Assembly (NCBI GenBank): GCA_030704615.1
Contig: CM060732.1
Span: forward strand, 74,772,001-74,836,000
Length of the DNA: 64,000 nucleotides
DNA from: Takakia lepidozioides
Lineage: Eukaryota; Plantae; Bryophyta
Direction: 5' to 3'
The notes beneath the pieces are model-generated. The model did no database searches. It was given only the letters and a program-made list of their open reading frames with translations, and was not told where the DNA came from. The position numbers and the translations under genes were made by a program. Shown piece after piece: positions 12,301 through 25,867 of this stretch. Each line of letters opens with the position of its first letter. The stretch's first letter is position 1.

Positions 12301-14861
12301 GGTGTAGGGGTAGTACGGCTTAGTGTAGCTAACGGGCTGTTGGATATGCATTGGGATGACAGAATTTACCAGAGCTTGAAGAGCGCCTTTCTCAGTTGAC
12401 CAGTGGGGAGCCAGCTGCTATAAGAGCAATTCTCGATGATCTCAGCACCCCGGTCTCACCCACAGAAAGTAGCATTCTCCGTAGGTGTGTTTTCTGCCTT
12501 GAGAGTGCTTTACTGGTAATTTGTGCAGTAGTACTGCTGAACTGGATTGTAGGGATTTTTGCAAGTCATGTAAAGTGCGTAGTTGACTTTCAGAACTCAC
12601 GTTACATAGTTTCAAACAATAGTGGAGAAATTGTGCATAGTAGTACAACAGCAGAGTTATTATAGAGGAAATCATTTCATTTCATTTCCTGTTGCTGGGA
12701 AATCACCATCATGTGCTTGGGCAGGCAAGCTACAATTGACAACATTTTCTCGAAAAACAGTGTGGAAGAGATACTGGCAGCTCTTGTAAGGACACTCTCT
12801 TTATGAGCCATTTACTTTTGGAGACTTTTGATCATGTTTGGTATTTGCATGCACTGGTTGAATCAGATAGAAAATCAACCGTAACATCTGCGACCGATGA
12901 CATTAGCACGAAATCAGACCACTTAATGAAAGGTTACGTCTACGAAAGTACATTGAGTTGACATCTGCTTCCATTTTCTCTGGGCTATCCAATATGACTA
13001 ACCTACTGTACCTGTCACTGCAAAGCATGTGCAGATGCATCACGAAAGCATGCCTTACTCACTTGGGTATTGATGTACGTCTGCTGTTACATGTTTACAG
13101 GACGCACAGAAGAATGAGACAGGCGAGGAATGGATCAGAGATGTGATTAAAACATTGAGAAGATCATCTCCAACTGGCTTGGGAGTCACTTGCAAATCGG
13201 TAGAGTACATGCTACTCATCTCATGTTCCAACATTAGCAGCTTGTGGAACGAACCCTCCTTCATTACTTAGAGGTAGGAATCTCCAGATGGTGGAAGGAG
13301 TGGTTCACCCAGAAAGCAATAGTGAGCTTGCAACCTGAAATTCTGAGGTAGAGAGAAACTTGGCATCCTGTGATTGCTGACATGGCCTGACTTCGATTGC
13401 AAAGTGTCCAATAGTGTCAGACCACATTGCCCTCAGGGAATTTCTTGTCACCTTTCAGGACAGGGCCGAAGTGACACTTCACAGTATTACTGGCTGGATA
13501 ATCTAACTTGACTAAGTCATCTAGTAATCAAAGCTTTTACCATTTGCTCAACACAATGTGGCTGCCTACAGATCCGGCTGGCACGCAAACAGACACTGGC
13601 TGAGGGCTTACAGCGGGAGTACCGACTAACAATCAACGCCCTGAGGGGAACCATTTCAGAGGACCTGTATGAGGTATGTTTACATGGTAACTCTCAATCG
13701 AGCTTCCATCTGAGTCTGAAGAAAGAGGACTATTCCCCTAGTGATGGACGATGATATTAAGGCAAGGATACCCTTATGGCCATTGATGGAGTGCAGGCAT
13801 TGGTCTCCGCTTTAAGGTAGTTAGAGAACCAAGAACAATACCTTGGCTGGAAATAAAGCTTCGTCAGATCTAACAAATGCACTGGTGAATGGTCCCTACT
13901 TTCATCTCCACCTCATCATTTTCCAGCATTTTGTATGGAGTGTGGTTTAGGGATAGCACATGAACATATTGTTTCGAACTTTCATTCTCTAGCTTAACCT
14001 ACTTAATGATGGCTCACATCACATGAGAAGGTGGTCGCTTGTTTGACTAGAACTATCCAATCACCATGCTGCCGGTGGAACTTTGCAGGGTATCAGGGCA
14101 ATTGTGGTTGAAAAAGACAACTCTCCCATGGTTAGTCTTGTATTTTTTTCAGCAACCGACCATTACTATTGTCACATATGCCTTGATAGCTGAGTCTTTC
14201 AAGAAGCACCTTCTTTTCTATCAAAGTAATTATAGACAAGATGCCCAACATCATGGGGCTACATCTTCAGTGCTGCAATCAGGTGACGACAGTGGAAGTC
14301 GAATAGCTATAGACAGTGGGTTGATTTTGGATAATCAATGGTCAAATCTCTCCACTATTGTGTAGACTTGGGTAGCCTCCAAGGGTTGATGCTGTGGAAA
14401 TCTGTTGATTTTCATGCTTGTCCCATCACTGTCTTAATGATAGTGATCCTGTTGACTGGAGTCTGACTCTTGCACATCATCTTTGTCGCAATGGTGGGGT
14501 TGTGTGCAGTGGAAACCAGCCACATTGCAGGAAGTGGACCCTGAAAACTTGGACTTGGTATTTCAACCATTCGAAGAGAAAGATGAATTGCATCTTCCAG
14601 TAGAGGAGCCCAGGTTTGTCCTCGCCTCCCATTTTTTTTTGTAGACAAGCAAAGCAAAAGTTTGCACAATAGAACAACATATAACATATGCTCCTGTGAA
14701 TCTGCTCACACCTATTGAAGGAGACATTAACCACCTTCATGTTATCCCACGTGTAGACTGTTATGACAACACAACATTCGACCTGTATGTTGATCATTGA
14801 AGTGATGCTGAAACTGCTGAGTTTCTATTGCAGATGGAGATTCAAGTATCAGAAGGCTTAA
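9394..14861 (+). CDS. 3-hydroxyisobutyryl-CoA hydrolase-like protein (crotonase fold, HIBCH-like 5 / At1g06550 type), ~14 exons
   Basis: Exons give VTLNRPRVLNCL, GAGRVFCAGGDL, YKKPL|IAIWHGLVMGGGAGL, FSMPEAALGLHTDCGSSY.LSRLPG, GEFLALTG.RLDG..MLACGLATHFV, SSPTGL.VT, DLYEGIRAIVVEKDNSP.WKP, ending RWRFKYQKA* at 14861; all junctions GT-AG. Confidence 0.93.
10852..10965 (-). mobile_element. Very short 3'-end copy of the LINE family at 15.7-17.5 kb, inside a HIBCH intron and flanked by (GA)n
   Basis: tgtactcataagacgttgtttgccgtagccttgtggccattgaccccgcg...aaagggacagaacctacctc...ggtagtaa aligns with 15698-15811. Confidence 0.85.
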
Positions 14862-15691
14862 AAGAAGGTTAGAGGAATTTCAAAGCAAGTACTGGACACA
14901 AAATATACAGAAATTCCTGTGACATGCACCGAGCAGTGTGGGACGATTGCAGTTCAAACAAAACACAATGTGCAGAAGGTTGCCCCCAATCTGCAAATAC
15001 TTGTATCTGTGGTGATGGTGTGAAAGTTATTACCTTGCAAGGGCATAGCTGTTGGTGGGAGGCATGCCGCGTTGTGGCAAGGTTTGCAGCAATTTTTTCG
15101 GTAAAAGTTGTGCTAATGGTGATCTGCGCTGGCACGATGTACAGCATAAGACTATTAATTGACCTCTCACTGCCGCAAGACTGTCTTAGTCCTATCACCG
15201 TGGTGAACCTGACCTGACCTAGTTGCTCTAAAATGCAACAGTGCATGTTCGAGCTAAATATTAGGCACACTTTCAAAATAGCTCTAATCTGTATCGACCA
15301 TTGATGTCTATTTTATTATCTATCATGTCATTTTCAATCTTCATGTGTTTGGATGATTGTTGGGTGTTAATAATTTATTTTTGATATCTACCTTGGTAGG
15401 GAGAGGATCTCTTTGACTAGCGAGGGTGGGTCTCTAAAATGATCAGTGATGAAAACATTGTATAAGTCGTAACACTGTTACTACATGGCATACATCTCAG
15501 CAATCAATATGTGTATATTAGTATAGCATAGTTCAACTATATCAGCAAGTTCTCATCACTGCTATAGCTCCATGTTTCGGTTACTTGCACAAGGAAAGTT
15601 GAGTGTGTAGCAAGATATGATGGTCTTCAGGTTGTCGACGACTCTTGAGTAACAAACCTTCAATATCCTCACATGCTACACATGGTAATTG

Positions 15692-17500
15692 AGAGATTGT
15701 ACTCATAAGACGTTGTTTGCCTTAGCCTTGTCGCCATTGACCCCGCGCCCAGTTTGAGGGGGAACAAAAGGGACAGAACCTACCTCTGTCAGGGGCTTAC
15801 GTTGGTAGTAAGACTTACATTCATATATAGAATTAATCCGGCTTTTCCAGATATCCTCTAGAAATCCCTTCACACAAGCATCAATCTGCTGTGTGTGATT
15901 TGCCCAAAAACTAGGCCTTAGGAGGGCCTGGGCTTTTGGCTCAGCCTCGAGACTTTCAAAGTTGGTAAACAGGGGTACAGGCACAATTCCCTTGATAGAT
16001 TTGAAGAGAGCGTCTCTTTGGTGAGAGAACCCCAGACAGTGTATCAGAAAATGAATACTGTCTTCAGATTGCCCACACAACGGGCAATTGCACTCTCCCT
16101 TTCCTCTCTGCTTCTGTTTGTTGTTCAAAGGTAGGCTTCCTGCCCTGAGTTTAATTTCAGTCTAATGCCGAGAGTGGGTAGACCCTTGAGGTCATCCAAG
16201 ATGTCCTCCCCCATGTCACTGACTGGAAACAAGTTCAGGGAAGTTTTCTGCCTAACTTCATTTTCATCAGACAATCTCATGGCAACAGACATGGCTTTGG
16301 ACACTACAGCCTCTAAGTCAGATTTATCCAGCAGGGTCAAGACTTGTGGATCCAGGTCCAGGTCCTTGAGAATCTCTTCTACTCTCTTCTGCCAGGACTT
16401 AGCCTGTTTGACAGGGCGGTCCTGTTTCCAAGATATAGAGTCGATTAACTTAGGATATCTGGTGTTGGACATGTGTTGCAAGTGACCCCACCATCTGACC
16501 TTGAATTCATCTCGTCCGGAGCTTAAGGACGGAATGCCAAACTCACCCCGAACAGCCACATTGGCTGTTTTGGAGCATGCTGCTGACATACACTCCTTAA
16601 GCACCCCCACTTTGAATGGATTCTAGAGACTTAGCCTGGTTGGAGTTATCAACCCATATTGCAGATCCGTACTCCAAGGCGGGTCTAATAACGCGACAAA
16701 GCATGGTTTTCTTAACCTCAGAGTTGACCCCTCTGCAGTGGAAAAATCTAGTGAGCCCCAGAGCTTTGCCCTTGCCAGTTTGAACAACTTTCCGGATATG
16801 TGCATCCCAATTACAATTGGAGGAAAACTCAACGCCCAGGTAAGTGTAGGAAGGGAGGACCGGGATCTCTTGGCTACCCCACTGCCACTTAAGATCACTT
16901 CCTCCCTCTCCTCTGTCGTTGAAAGCTACCACTGCACATTTGCTGACATTAGCCTCTAGCCCCCAAAGATCAAAGTATCTCTTCGCGCAATCAATCAACT
17001 CCTGGAGATTGGTTGGAGTCTCCCCTATGCCTGCGAAGTCATCCGCAAACATAAGGGCTGGTATGGTGGTATCACCCACCCTTAACCCAAATCCCTCACT
17101 TTCCACATCCTCGAGGAGTTGATTGATGAAAACATTGAAGAGCAGAGGGGAGAGAGTACATCCTTGAGCTACACCTTGGTCTATGTCAAAGAAGTTGGAC
17201 ATCTGTCCGTTAACAGTGACACAGCTTTTGGTGTGAGCATACAAGTTGTGGACAACTCTCCACATCTTTCCCTTGATCCCACCAGACCAGAGGCGGAACC
17301 ATAGGCCATCTCTCCACACTAAGCCTTTTTGACATCCAGGAAAAAAACATAAGTGGGTTTCCCTTCTTTTTTCCTTCCCTGGATAATCTGGCTTAGAGTG
17401 AAGATATGATCCACACAGCCGCTGTTTCGCCGAAAGCCAGCTTGGCCTTCGTGGGAACGACCTCCAGATCAACCTCGAGACGAGTACTTACCAACACTGG
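15692..17500 (-). mobile_element. 5'-truncated non-LTR retrotransposon (LINE; RT plus C-terminal CCHC zinc finger), frameshifted
   Basis: EGQAGFR..CVDHIF, GVAQGCTLSPLLFNVFIN, ALMFADDF, YTYLGVEF, RPALEYG and CPLCGQSEDSIHFLIHC across three frames (ORFs 16597-17472, 16125-16610, 15703-16128). Confidence 0.92.
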
Positions 17501-18124
17501 TTTGGACCCAGCCACCTAGTAAGCAAGGGCCTTTGTGCCCTGACATATCCAGCCACCGAAGGCAGAGAGCTACAAATCAGTTTCCCAATATCCAGACAGA
17601 TGGTAAGAAACCCTTCACTTCATTGTTGCAAATTTTGAGACTGGATGTCCCAATGTGGGTACAAAACATGAAGGCCACACCTACATGAGGCCTTTGTCCT
17701 TCCACCTGCTGCAAATGTGACTGCAACATTTCAGCACATATGCTAAGGGCAATACTGATTCCCTTCTTAAATTGCTAATCTTGGTCGTAAGTACCGCAAT
17801 GATTAGATATGCAACTATATACCCCACACAATACAATCTATTCCCATGGTGTGACTATTCTACCATTACTCTGCGTCACTCTCATTGAAAAAGTAAGCCA
17901 CCAAGTTCATATGACGGAGAGACAGTAACTGGCACAGGTCAAGATTGACAACCAGTTAAAGCAAGTGGCAGACAAACACAGGGGGCATAGAGACTCCGTG
18001 CGCTGAGATCTCATATGAACTCACACCCTCTTCTCCATGGGGGGGTCCTCATTTTGTGGAGCACAAGAGTCTCTCAGGTGGTGTGTACAGGGACAACAGA
18101 TACATCCCCTTCTTTCCCTCTTCC

Positions 18125-21100
18125 TCATTGGTCCCTGAGTATATGAGTCCCTTGGGTGGTGTCTTCTGGAACAACAGATACATCAACTTCTTTCCTATCT
18201 GCAGCACTTTCTTCACCATGGTCTCTCTCAGGCTGCCCTTCCATGGATTGTGAGCTGTCTAACTCAAAAGAGTAGTCCGTTGTGGTGTCTGCAAACTCAG
18301 ATGAAGGCTTAACCCCACCTTCATCTAGGCTATCATGGATCTGCATCCTATCAAACAGGTCTTGATCATTGTCCAACACATTTGTTCTTTTCTCCTCCAG
18401 AGACTCTTCTGTCCCAGTAGGTTGCTCACGTTCCTTACCCAAGACAATAGACAGAGAGTGGTCTGTTGATCTAATGGCGCTTTCAAGGATTGCAGCCGCC
18501 CTTGATCCAACACCACTAGCCCCAGCATCCTTAAGATCGAGTAGGGGCAGAGAAGCCTGACTTCTTCCAGGCAACCCTGAACCTTCCACAGCTTTGCAAA
18601 GTGCAACATACTTGAGCACAAGCTCTTTGTAATCAGTGAGTAAAACCTCCACATCTCTCACTCTCAAATCTCCAGCGCTGGCATAAAGATAGGGGTAGTC
18701 CCTTTCCAGTTGCCCAGTCCGATCAGCGTCCAAAATCTCTGGGAATGCTGCAGCTTCGAGCTTTGCAACTGATGGTGCCCCCTTCTCCAATATACTCTCC
18801 TTTGGACTGCTAGGAATAGTTGTAGCAGCAGCTACTGCTGTGGCAGCAGGCAATACTCTGGAGTCAATCTGGTCTTCCCTTTGTACAGTCAAGCCAGGGC
18901 CGGTTTCAACTCCACCGGATGTCTCTGCGACTTTCGAAACCACTTCTGTTGAGGGATTGTTATCTACGTTGGTCCGCAGTCTCTCTGTTGGTATAGATGG
19001 CGGTGAATATGCCTTTGTTCTCTCTAAGGCAGCTGTAGCTGCCTGCATTCGCTTCTCAAACTCGCTGTGGTCCATTGAGAGAGACTTGGCTTCCAAGTTG
19101 TCAATAAAAGATTCAGCTGAGACAAGGTTGGTGTAGAAATAAGCAGCCTCAGACACTAGCCTTGAGTGGTGGCGATAACGTGAAATGTAAAGAAGATTAG
19201 AGTGAAGCTGTGGCGGATTGGCCTGCAAGAGATGATCAATCATTAGAAGAAAGTTCAGCCATATTAGGGCCACAGCCTACCCAATGAAAGTTTGAGAAGA
19301 GCTAAGCTCTAAAGATAGCGGACATGGCCATAGCTGGTATGGTCTCATATGCCTATGGGAAGAATGCACGGAACTGCATGAAACTCTGGTCATATGAAAA
19401 GATGTGAACTGGGCTACTCAATGTATAATTGCCTGAAGAGAGTATTCTCACCCAGATTTCTGCCTAATGCTTCTGGCTAAGCAACCCAAAGTATGAGTTA
19501 ATTAGATAGAATTCCTTTATGGCTGGTTTGAAAAGAATAGGTTTTGAAAGAAGAAATTATATCAACAAGTAGTCATATTCAGAGAATAAATGTGAAATGC
19601 CTTCCACTCTCAACTCATCCTAGGGTCAAGTTCCTATTCAATTTCGTAAAATATTGCTGGTTCGGAACACATTTTCAAAAATGAGAGCAGAAAATCCTCC
19701 GAGGAAATGCGCATATGTGCAATACGTCAAGGTAGATGAGTAACCTACTTTGATTACAACATATATGAGCACAGGGAGAAAGTCGTCGGCGCCCGGGGGA
19801 TTCTCTTTGGTGGCAATGGACACATTGAGTAGGAGGTTGTTGATGACCCGGCAGCAATTTAGAATGCATACAAGCTTATCCCGTGGGGCTTTGTAGGTGT
19901 TGATTTTCTGTAGCTCCTTCTGGGCCAGCTGTCCAACACAAAATGGGAAGCAAATTCTCACCTTAATATGAAAGCAAACAGCGCAAGCAGTAGTGATAAC
20001 AGGTCGACTGATGATGGCCACAGCTAACACAAAAGATGGACTACTGTGAATCTAGAGCTTTGTAGTGACAAGCATTTGCTTTACAGGAAGAGACTACAAA
20101 ACCACGTACAAGCCATGACGATTCATTCTGGAAGTTTGGAGGGATGTCAAGATGCTCTGGCCGAATAAATTCTTGCAACATTCCCATCTTCTCTGACAGT
20201 CTTTGATCGTGCTCAGCATCTTCTGGAAGGGATGCAAAGGCTCTGGCAAACAGTTTTGTCATCAAGTATTTTTCCAAACCCTGCATACAGGAGTGCCACT
20301 GAGTGATTGACCAACCCTAAGGTCTTTCTTAGCCTTTTTTTGAACTAGTCTAGGCAGTAGAGACTGCAGATGCAGTGCAACATCTACATCAACATACTAA
20401 GTGGAGCGGGACAGCCAGAGAGAGTGGTTATGGACTTCTTCCTTTGATTGTTTGGCTAAGCCATAGCCTGGAAGATGACAGAATGCACCACCTAAGCTGA
20501 TGACAAATGAGCAAGTCGATCAAAGTTTCACAAGATTGAATTGCCTGCTTTAACAGCTTCAGAAACAAACAAAAGTGGTACAAAATAGGATGACATGATG
20601 AGAGACAAACCTCGCCAGCACTCTCAAGCTCCTCTTCAGTAGCATTCAGAAAGAGAGGATGGGTATGGAAGGCCGATTCAGTGGTGCTGAGAAATCTCTG
20701 GACACTCTCACTGTCTGACTCGGGATCAGGCGCATTGCTCAGAAACTCCACAATGAAACTGCATACAGGATTATATGTTAACACCCTCCTGGGATTGCTA
20801 CTAAGAAATATTTCACACATAAATGCATGGCGTATACATACGGAAAATAACAACCAACCAATTCAAGCTGCAGGCACCAAGTGGCTTCCATGCAAACCCC
20901 GCCTGTTTATCTACAGGAGCTAGATCCATCAGTACTAGGCCACAGCCTTAGGTTAATAGATTTCCTCCAGTTACTGTTGTGTATGTTTGTTAGGCACGCA
21001 GCCAGATTTTACTCATCGGAGGATGCCTTTTGTGGCATTAATATGCTCATTCACCTTCTCAACAGTCGAGATCTTTGGCGAAAATGTTCTTATCGCTCCC

Positions 21101-21780
21101 TTCGTCACAACTACGAACAGACCTTCTGGCCCGGGCAATTTTCTTCCCAACAGGCCCTCTCCTGAGCTCTCTACCAGACCTATCCTATACTCCATAATAT
21201 GTTCTTCGCAAGTTGGTAGCATCAGTAGTTGGACAATTTCAAAATGTATGGAGAACATGGCTTTTCACGAACTACCTTAAGTTCAGAATTTCTTTGGCGC
21301 AAATCTGTAACCGGAGCAATTAGTGACACTGTGGAGAGGATATCGGGATACACCAAGGCACAGTACATCTTTCTAAGACACAAATCTCAAGGACAGAATT
21401 TCCGAAATCCTTGACAAACTCTGCTGTCAACTGGTGTTGACTGCATTTTGAGTAATTCTGTCTTGCATAGAAACAAAAAAAATTCATCGTACTTGCTGCT
21501 ACTTGACAAAGGAACATATAATTTATACCGCGATTCACACAATAGATTGGAATCCCCTCGCAGGAAGCAATCAATTGCATGGGGATGCTACCTTGTTGTC
21601 CGAGGGTGGGCTGACATTAGTACCAACCTTATATAGTCTCACAAACCAGAGAGAGAGAGAGAGAGAGAACCTCTTGATAGAACGGACGAGGTCAGCAGCT
21701 TGGGGATGGCGCATGCGATCCAGAAAGTCATGGAAAGTGAGAGGTGCGGTGGCCGCGTTGAACATGTCCACATTCTCCAT
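18125..21780 (-). CDS. VPS9: VPS9-domain Rab5 GEF, VPS9a-like (exons 21780-21671, 20758-20611, 20280-20110, 19928-19749, 19222-18125; ~568 aa)
   Basis: [92 protein letters not shown].RYR...EAAYFYTNL; YPYLYASAGDL..DVE.LL.DYKELVLKY. Confidence 0.96.
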
Positions 21781-22071
21781 AGCTCCGCAAACTGAAGTCC
21801 AGCCCTCACTTCCTTCTCCAACGTTTCATCATCGGTGCGCCTTGCTGCATCCCATCCATTCATCGTCGCACCTTCATCTTCCTCTCCACAGAATCTCGAG
21901 CATTATCACTGATCCCTCGACTTACACACATCAGAACGCGTATATATGTTGTTCGATCTATGTAACAGAAGCACAGTTTTCTTCCTCTTCTTCTCTGCGG
22001 ATCTTCAAAGCCATGCTGCACACCATTTTTCTTGGATCACAGCCTCGAAGCTCTGCGCGATGGGACCCGCA

Positions 22072-22233
22072 TCCTCGTTCGCCGACGGAGCCATAGCTCC
22101 ATCTCTGCACTTCCGTCGGCCTCCCTCCTAACGACGGCGTTCTTCCGTCCCATGTCCTCGTTCGTCGACGGAGCCATCGCTCCATCTCTGCACTTCCGTC
22201 GGCCTTCGTCCTAACGACGGCGTCTTTCCGTCC
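22072..22233. repeat. Tandem direct duplication (83-bp period, 2 copies) in the VPS9/UPF0426 bidirectional promoter
   Basis: tcctcgttcgYcgacggagccatMgctccatctctgcacttccgtcggcct...ctaacgacggcgt..ttccgtcc at 22072 and 22155. Confidence 0.9.
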
Positions 22234-22389
22234 TTGGGGATGGACGAAGGGGTTCTGTTCATCCAAAGCTTCTCCAGAGGACGGATCACGTGCTCCACGA
22301 GGCTGTCTCGTTTCAGTCCTCTGAATCCCTCTCTCTCTCTCTCTCTCTCTTTGAGAGCAGGACGAGCAGTCACAAAGAGAGGGGCAGGG

Positions 22390-23968
22390 ATGGCGTCAAT
22401 GCTCCAAGCTGCTCCGGTGACATTCCTCCAGGTATCAGCTTCATTTATTTTCGTTGGAAGACTTGATTTTGCGACTGTGATGAATGGTAGCGGGACTTCA
22501 TGTTTCTCGTGATTTGAGGTGAGGTGAGGTGAGGGAAGGGAAATACAGGCAAACGGAATTTATTTTTCGTACCCAGAGCTTGAAAGTGCTGGAGGTGTGA
22601 GGCGGGGGGGAGAGAGTGTGTGTGTGCTGTGCAGATGTGTTTGAATTGTTTTTGGAATCCTGAATACACTTAAGTAGGTTACAAGCTGAGGTTCAGATGT
22701 CCGCTTACCTTGCGGCGGGTGTCAGCTGATTTTAGCGGAGGATCAACAAAAGAAAATCGGTAGATCGCTTCCAGTGGTCAATGCGTTAAATACCAACTCA
22801 AGCACTGGCTGCAAATGGTCTACAGTAGAATGGTCAGGACTGGGATGGATTTCTGTGTCCACGTTCCCTACTTTCCAAACCAACCGCTAATTCTAACGTT
22901 TAAGCTGCTTGCATGTTTAAATTGTCATTACAAAGTGTGCCTAGCGTAGTGATTCGAAGGGAGACGATAAGCAAGGGGTCGGTCACCAAAACGCCATGTA
23001 GTGAGGTAGGTTGAAATTCGCTCCAGAGAAGAGTTGCAAGCGAAACTGCCAGACAGGAGTGTGTTGTATACGTGTGAGTGCAGGGGTTTAGTGGGTTGAG
23101 GCCTTCTTCAGCCAGACAGCCTCAGTCTTTTACAAGGGTATGTGCTTCGAGAAGGCACTCTTATGGCGGTATCCATGCGTTCTTCAATCTTGGGGATGAA
23201 CCACTTGTAAAGGAAGCTTTGAAGGTATGTCGCTGATGCTTACTCTCTTTTTCAAGCCTCGTCTTGGTACACTGTGTACATAGCCTGGAGGAATACTGGA
23301 TTCCAGCCATGGTTTTCCCTATAATGGGATAAGTTGCTGTCCATATGAACAGACGTATGTGGTCTGAGAGCTTTTTCCCAAAAGTATGTTTTGAAGGCTC
23401 AAATTCTAAGACCCTTTAAGTTGGAAGTGATACTGAGGTTGGGATTCATTCTAGAGATGGATTCTAGAGATGGTTTAATCGAAGCTTAATTCGTACCTCT
23501 TGGCCAGAAGTGCTAACGTCTTCAATGTCTCAGTGGTCTATGAAGTAATTTGAGGATGTTTTGATGCATGGACGAAATGATGGAATTCTTTTGAGTCTAA
23601 ATCTCCAAAGAATAGACATAGTCTCTCTTGAAGTAGACAGGCAGGGTTCAATTCATTCTCAATACCACACTACACAGCATTAGAGCGGCAGCCAAAAACT
23701 TTGCTGAAAAGCTTTGGAAGTTATTTTATTCCAGCCTCTTCACTACTAGTGCTACGAACAGTACTAACCCAAAATATCATGTCATTCAATGCAGGAGCCA
23801 GTCGCTTTTCTGGGCGGAGTTTTTGCAGGTTTGCTACGGCTGGATCTGAATGAGGAGCCATTGCGCGATTGGGTGGCCCGGACTGCTGAAGCTGCAGGCA
23901 TTGACACTGTGGAGCCTTCTTCTGCCGAACAATTGGAGTCCACCCCTGAAGAAATTCAAATTGATTGA
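22390..23968 (+). CDS. UPF0426 chloroplast protein, At1g28150-like (exons 22390-22431, 23084-23224, 23795-23968; ~118 aa)
   Basis: Transit-peptide-like N-terminus, then AFFNLGDEPLVKEALK|EPVAFLGGVFAGLLRLDLNEEPLRDWVARTAEAAGI...PEEIQID*. Absent from the ORF track because of the splicing. Confidence 0.9.
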
Positions 23969-25492
23969 CACTCCTTGAGGTACTACTGACGAAATGCAGT
24001 GGTGTCATCAGCTGGAGTGACTTGTTTCACAAAAATGTAACTCGAGATAGAATGGACTATATTCTAGGGACCATATTCCGCTGTTTGTGCTTATGGGTTA
24101 CAAAAGGATTGATTAGCTAGATCTAGTTCTGACAAAGGAAGGCAGGCGAACCATGCATGACACTGGCTGTTGGCCCAAGGTGGAAGTGTGCAGTGGCTTG
24201 TTGTTGCAGCCTTCTCAACCCTGTGAACCATGCTTTATCTTGATGGTCTCCGTATTGCAGCCCACTCTTTTCTCAACTTGGAGTCCTCCATCAGACCCAA
24301 TGCATCACCTTTCAATCAGGAAGGTTCAATTCCAAGAATCCAAATCAGTGACTAGTAAATAATATTTCTCAATTAATGGAGTAGATGTGAATATGGAGCT
24401 GTTGCAAACTTTGAAAGAAGAGAGCAAACCAGAAAAGTATTGCATCCCTGAAAATCAACCAACGAATTGTCTCATGTCCACACATGTAAACACAGTTGGA
24501 AATTGGAAATGATGGTACATCTGCCCCAACTGACCTCTGTGTGATCAATGAGAGGAAGTGGGGTATCCAGCTTTGTTTCTTGTTCCTGGCAGGGGTTTCT
24601 TTCTTCAGCCGCTTTACAAAGGTAGTACAGGCAATTCACGACTCCGTGCACACAACATGCAGAATGAATGGGAAGTAGTGGAGGTCGTCCAGAAATCCAC
24701 CTTGCCTATGTGGTTACAGCTCGTTGCTTGAGAGCTTGCAAGAGAAATTCAACACTTGTCTCACTTCCACCTTTCAAAATGAAAGGCACTAGTCTTTTAG
24801 GTGAAGAGTCACCATAGCTTACACTTTCGCTAATTCAGCAAAAGTCCACATTTTTTTTCATCCTATGGTTGCGAGTAGATGCAAAGCACATGCAGGATCA
24901 TTACACAGAGTGCATACTTGGAGGAGTATCCAAGCTTATTTGGGATTGTCAGTTTCTCAGAGTGTTTGTCATTTGAAGGACCCAATCATATGTACACTCT
25001 TGCCCATGGGGTGAGGACGTGAGGACCCTAACACCTAACACTTACATGTCACATGACTTAGTTTTTCACACCATTCTGATGCATCTTGCATACATCCAAG
25101 CAAGCAATTGGGTAGTTGTTTCTACTCGCTCACTAGATGTGCTCCACTTCCAAACTCACAATGGAACATCCAACATCTCAGTTACAACACCAAAAATTAG
25201 ACTCAATTTTATATCATGCAAACATTCAGTGACGGAAGTCCTTCAGCCCAATCATCATACTTACTTGGAGCACTTCTAAGCTTCATATACACCAAGTCAC
25301 TCGCATCAGGAACGTGCTAGTAATACAACCTCCACAAGTATCTACCATGTCATATAGATATACCTGGAAGAGTGAAACATTGTACAGACATCAGAGCTGA
25401 GCTGCAATGTTCAAAAAGATCAGACTTAGGAAGAAGGCAAACGTAAGAGAGCACCAGAAATCCGACACCCCCATGTTACTAGTGCAGTCGCC

Positions 25493-25867
25493 TCAGAGTG
25501 TAAACAGAATGCTCAAGATATTGTCAACTTCATCTGCTAGGTACCCAATGATGTGATAATCTGAGCTTGGGCTATCCAGAAATATCACATGGGACCCATC
25601 ATTGACGTCCACTGTTACATCCTTCCGGATTTCTGGAAGGGCGAAGTTTGCAGTGGCGTAGGTTTGGCCATCTTCCATTTGGACAGAGAACGGTGCTCCA
25701 TAAGGGGGTTCTCCATCATACAGTGATGCGAATGTTGATGGGTCAGTTAAGAGAACTGAGACGTTAAAACTAAGCGAATCATTGAATAAACAGATGGCAG
25801 GACTCGCAGTGTCACAGGAGAGAGCGAGCACAAATAGCCCTGCTAGCACCACCTGCATCCCTTTCAT
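25493..25867 (-). CDS. Small putative secreted protein of unknown family (~124 aa)
   Basis: Uninterrupted ORF with a signal-peptide-like N-terminus (MKGMQVVLAGLFVLALSCDTASP) and a beta-rich, acidic, protein-like body; no family recognised. Confidence 0.55.
   Translation of the reverse strand: MKGMQVVLAGLFVLALSCDTASPAICLFNDSLSFNVSVLLTDPSTFASLYDGEPPYGAPFSVQMEDGQTYATANFALPEIRKDVTVDVNDGSHVIFLDSPSSDYHIIGYLADEVDNILSILFTL

Noticed and set aside
21503-22096. 197-aa plus-strand ORF
   Set aside because: Antisense to VPS9 exon 1 and 5' UTR, and runs through a (GA)n tract
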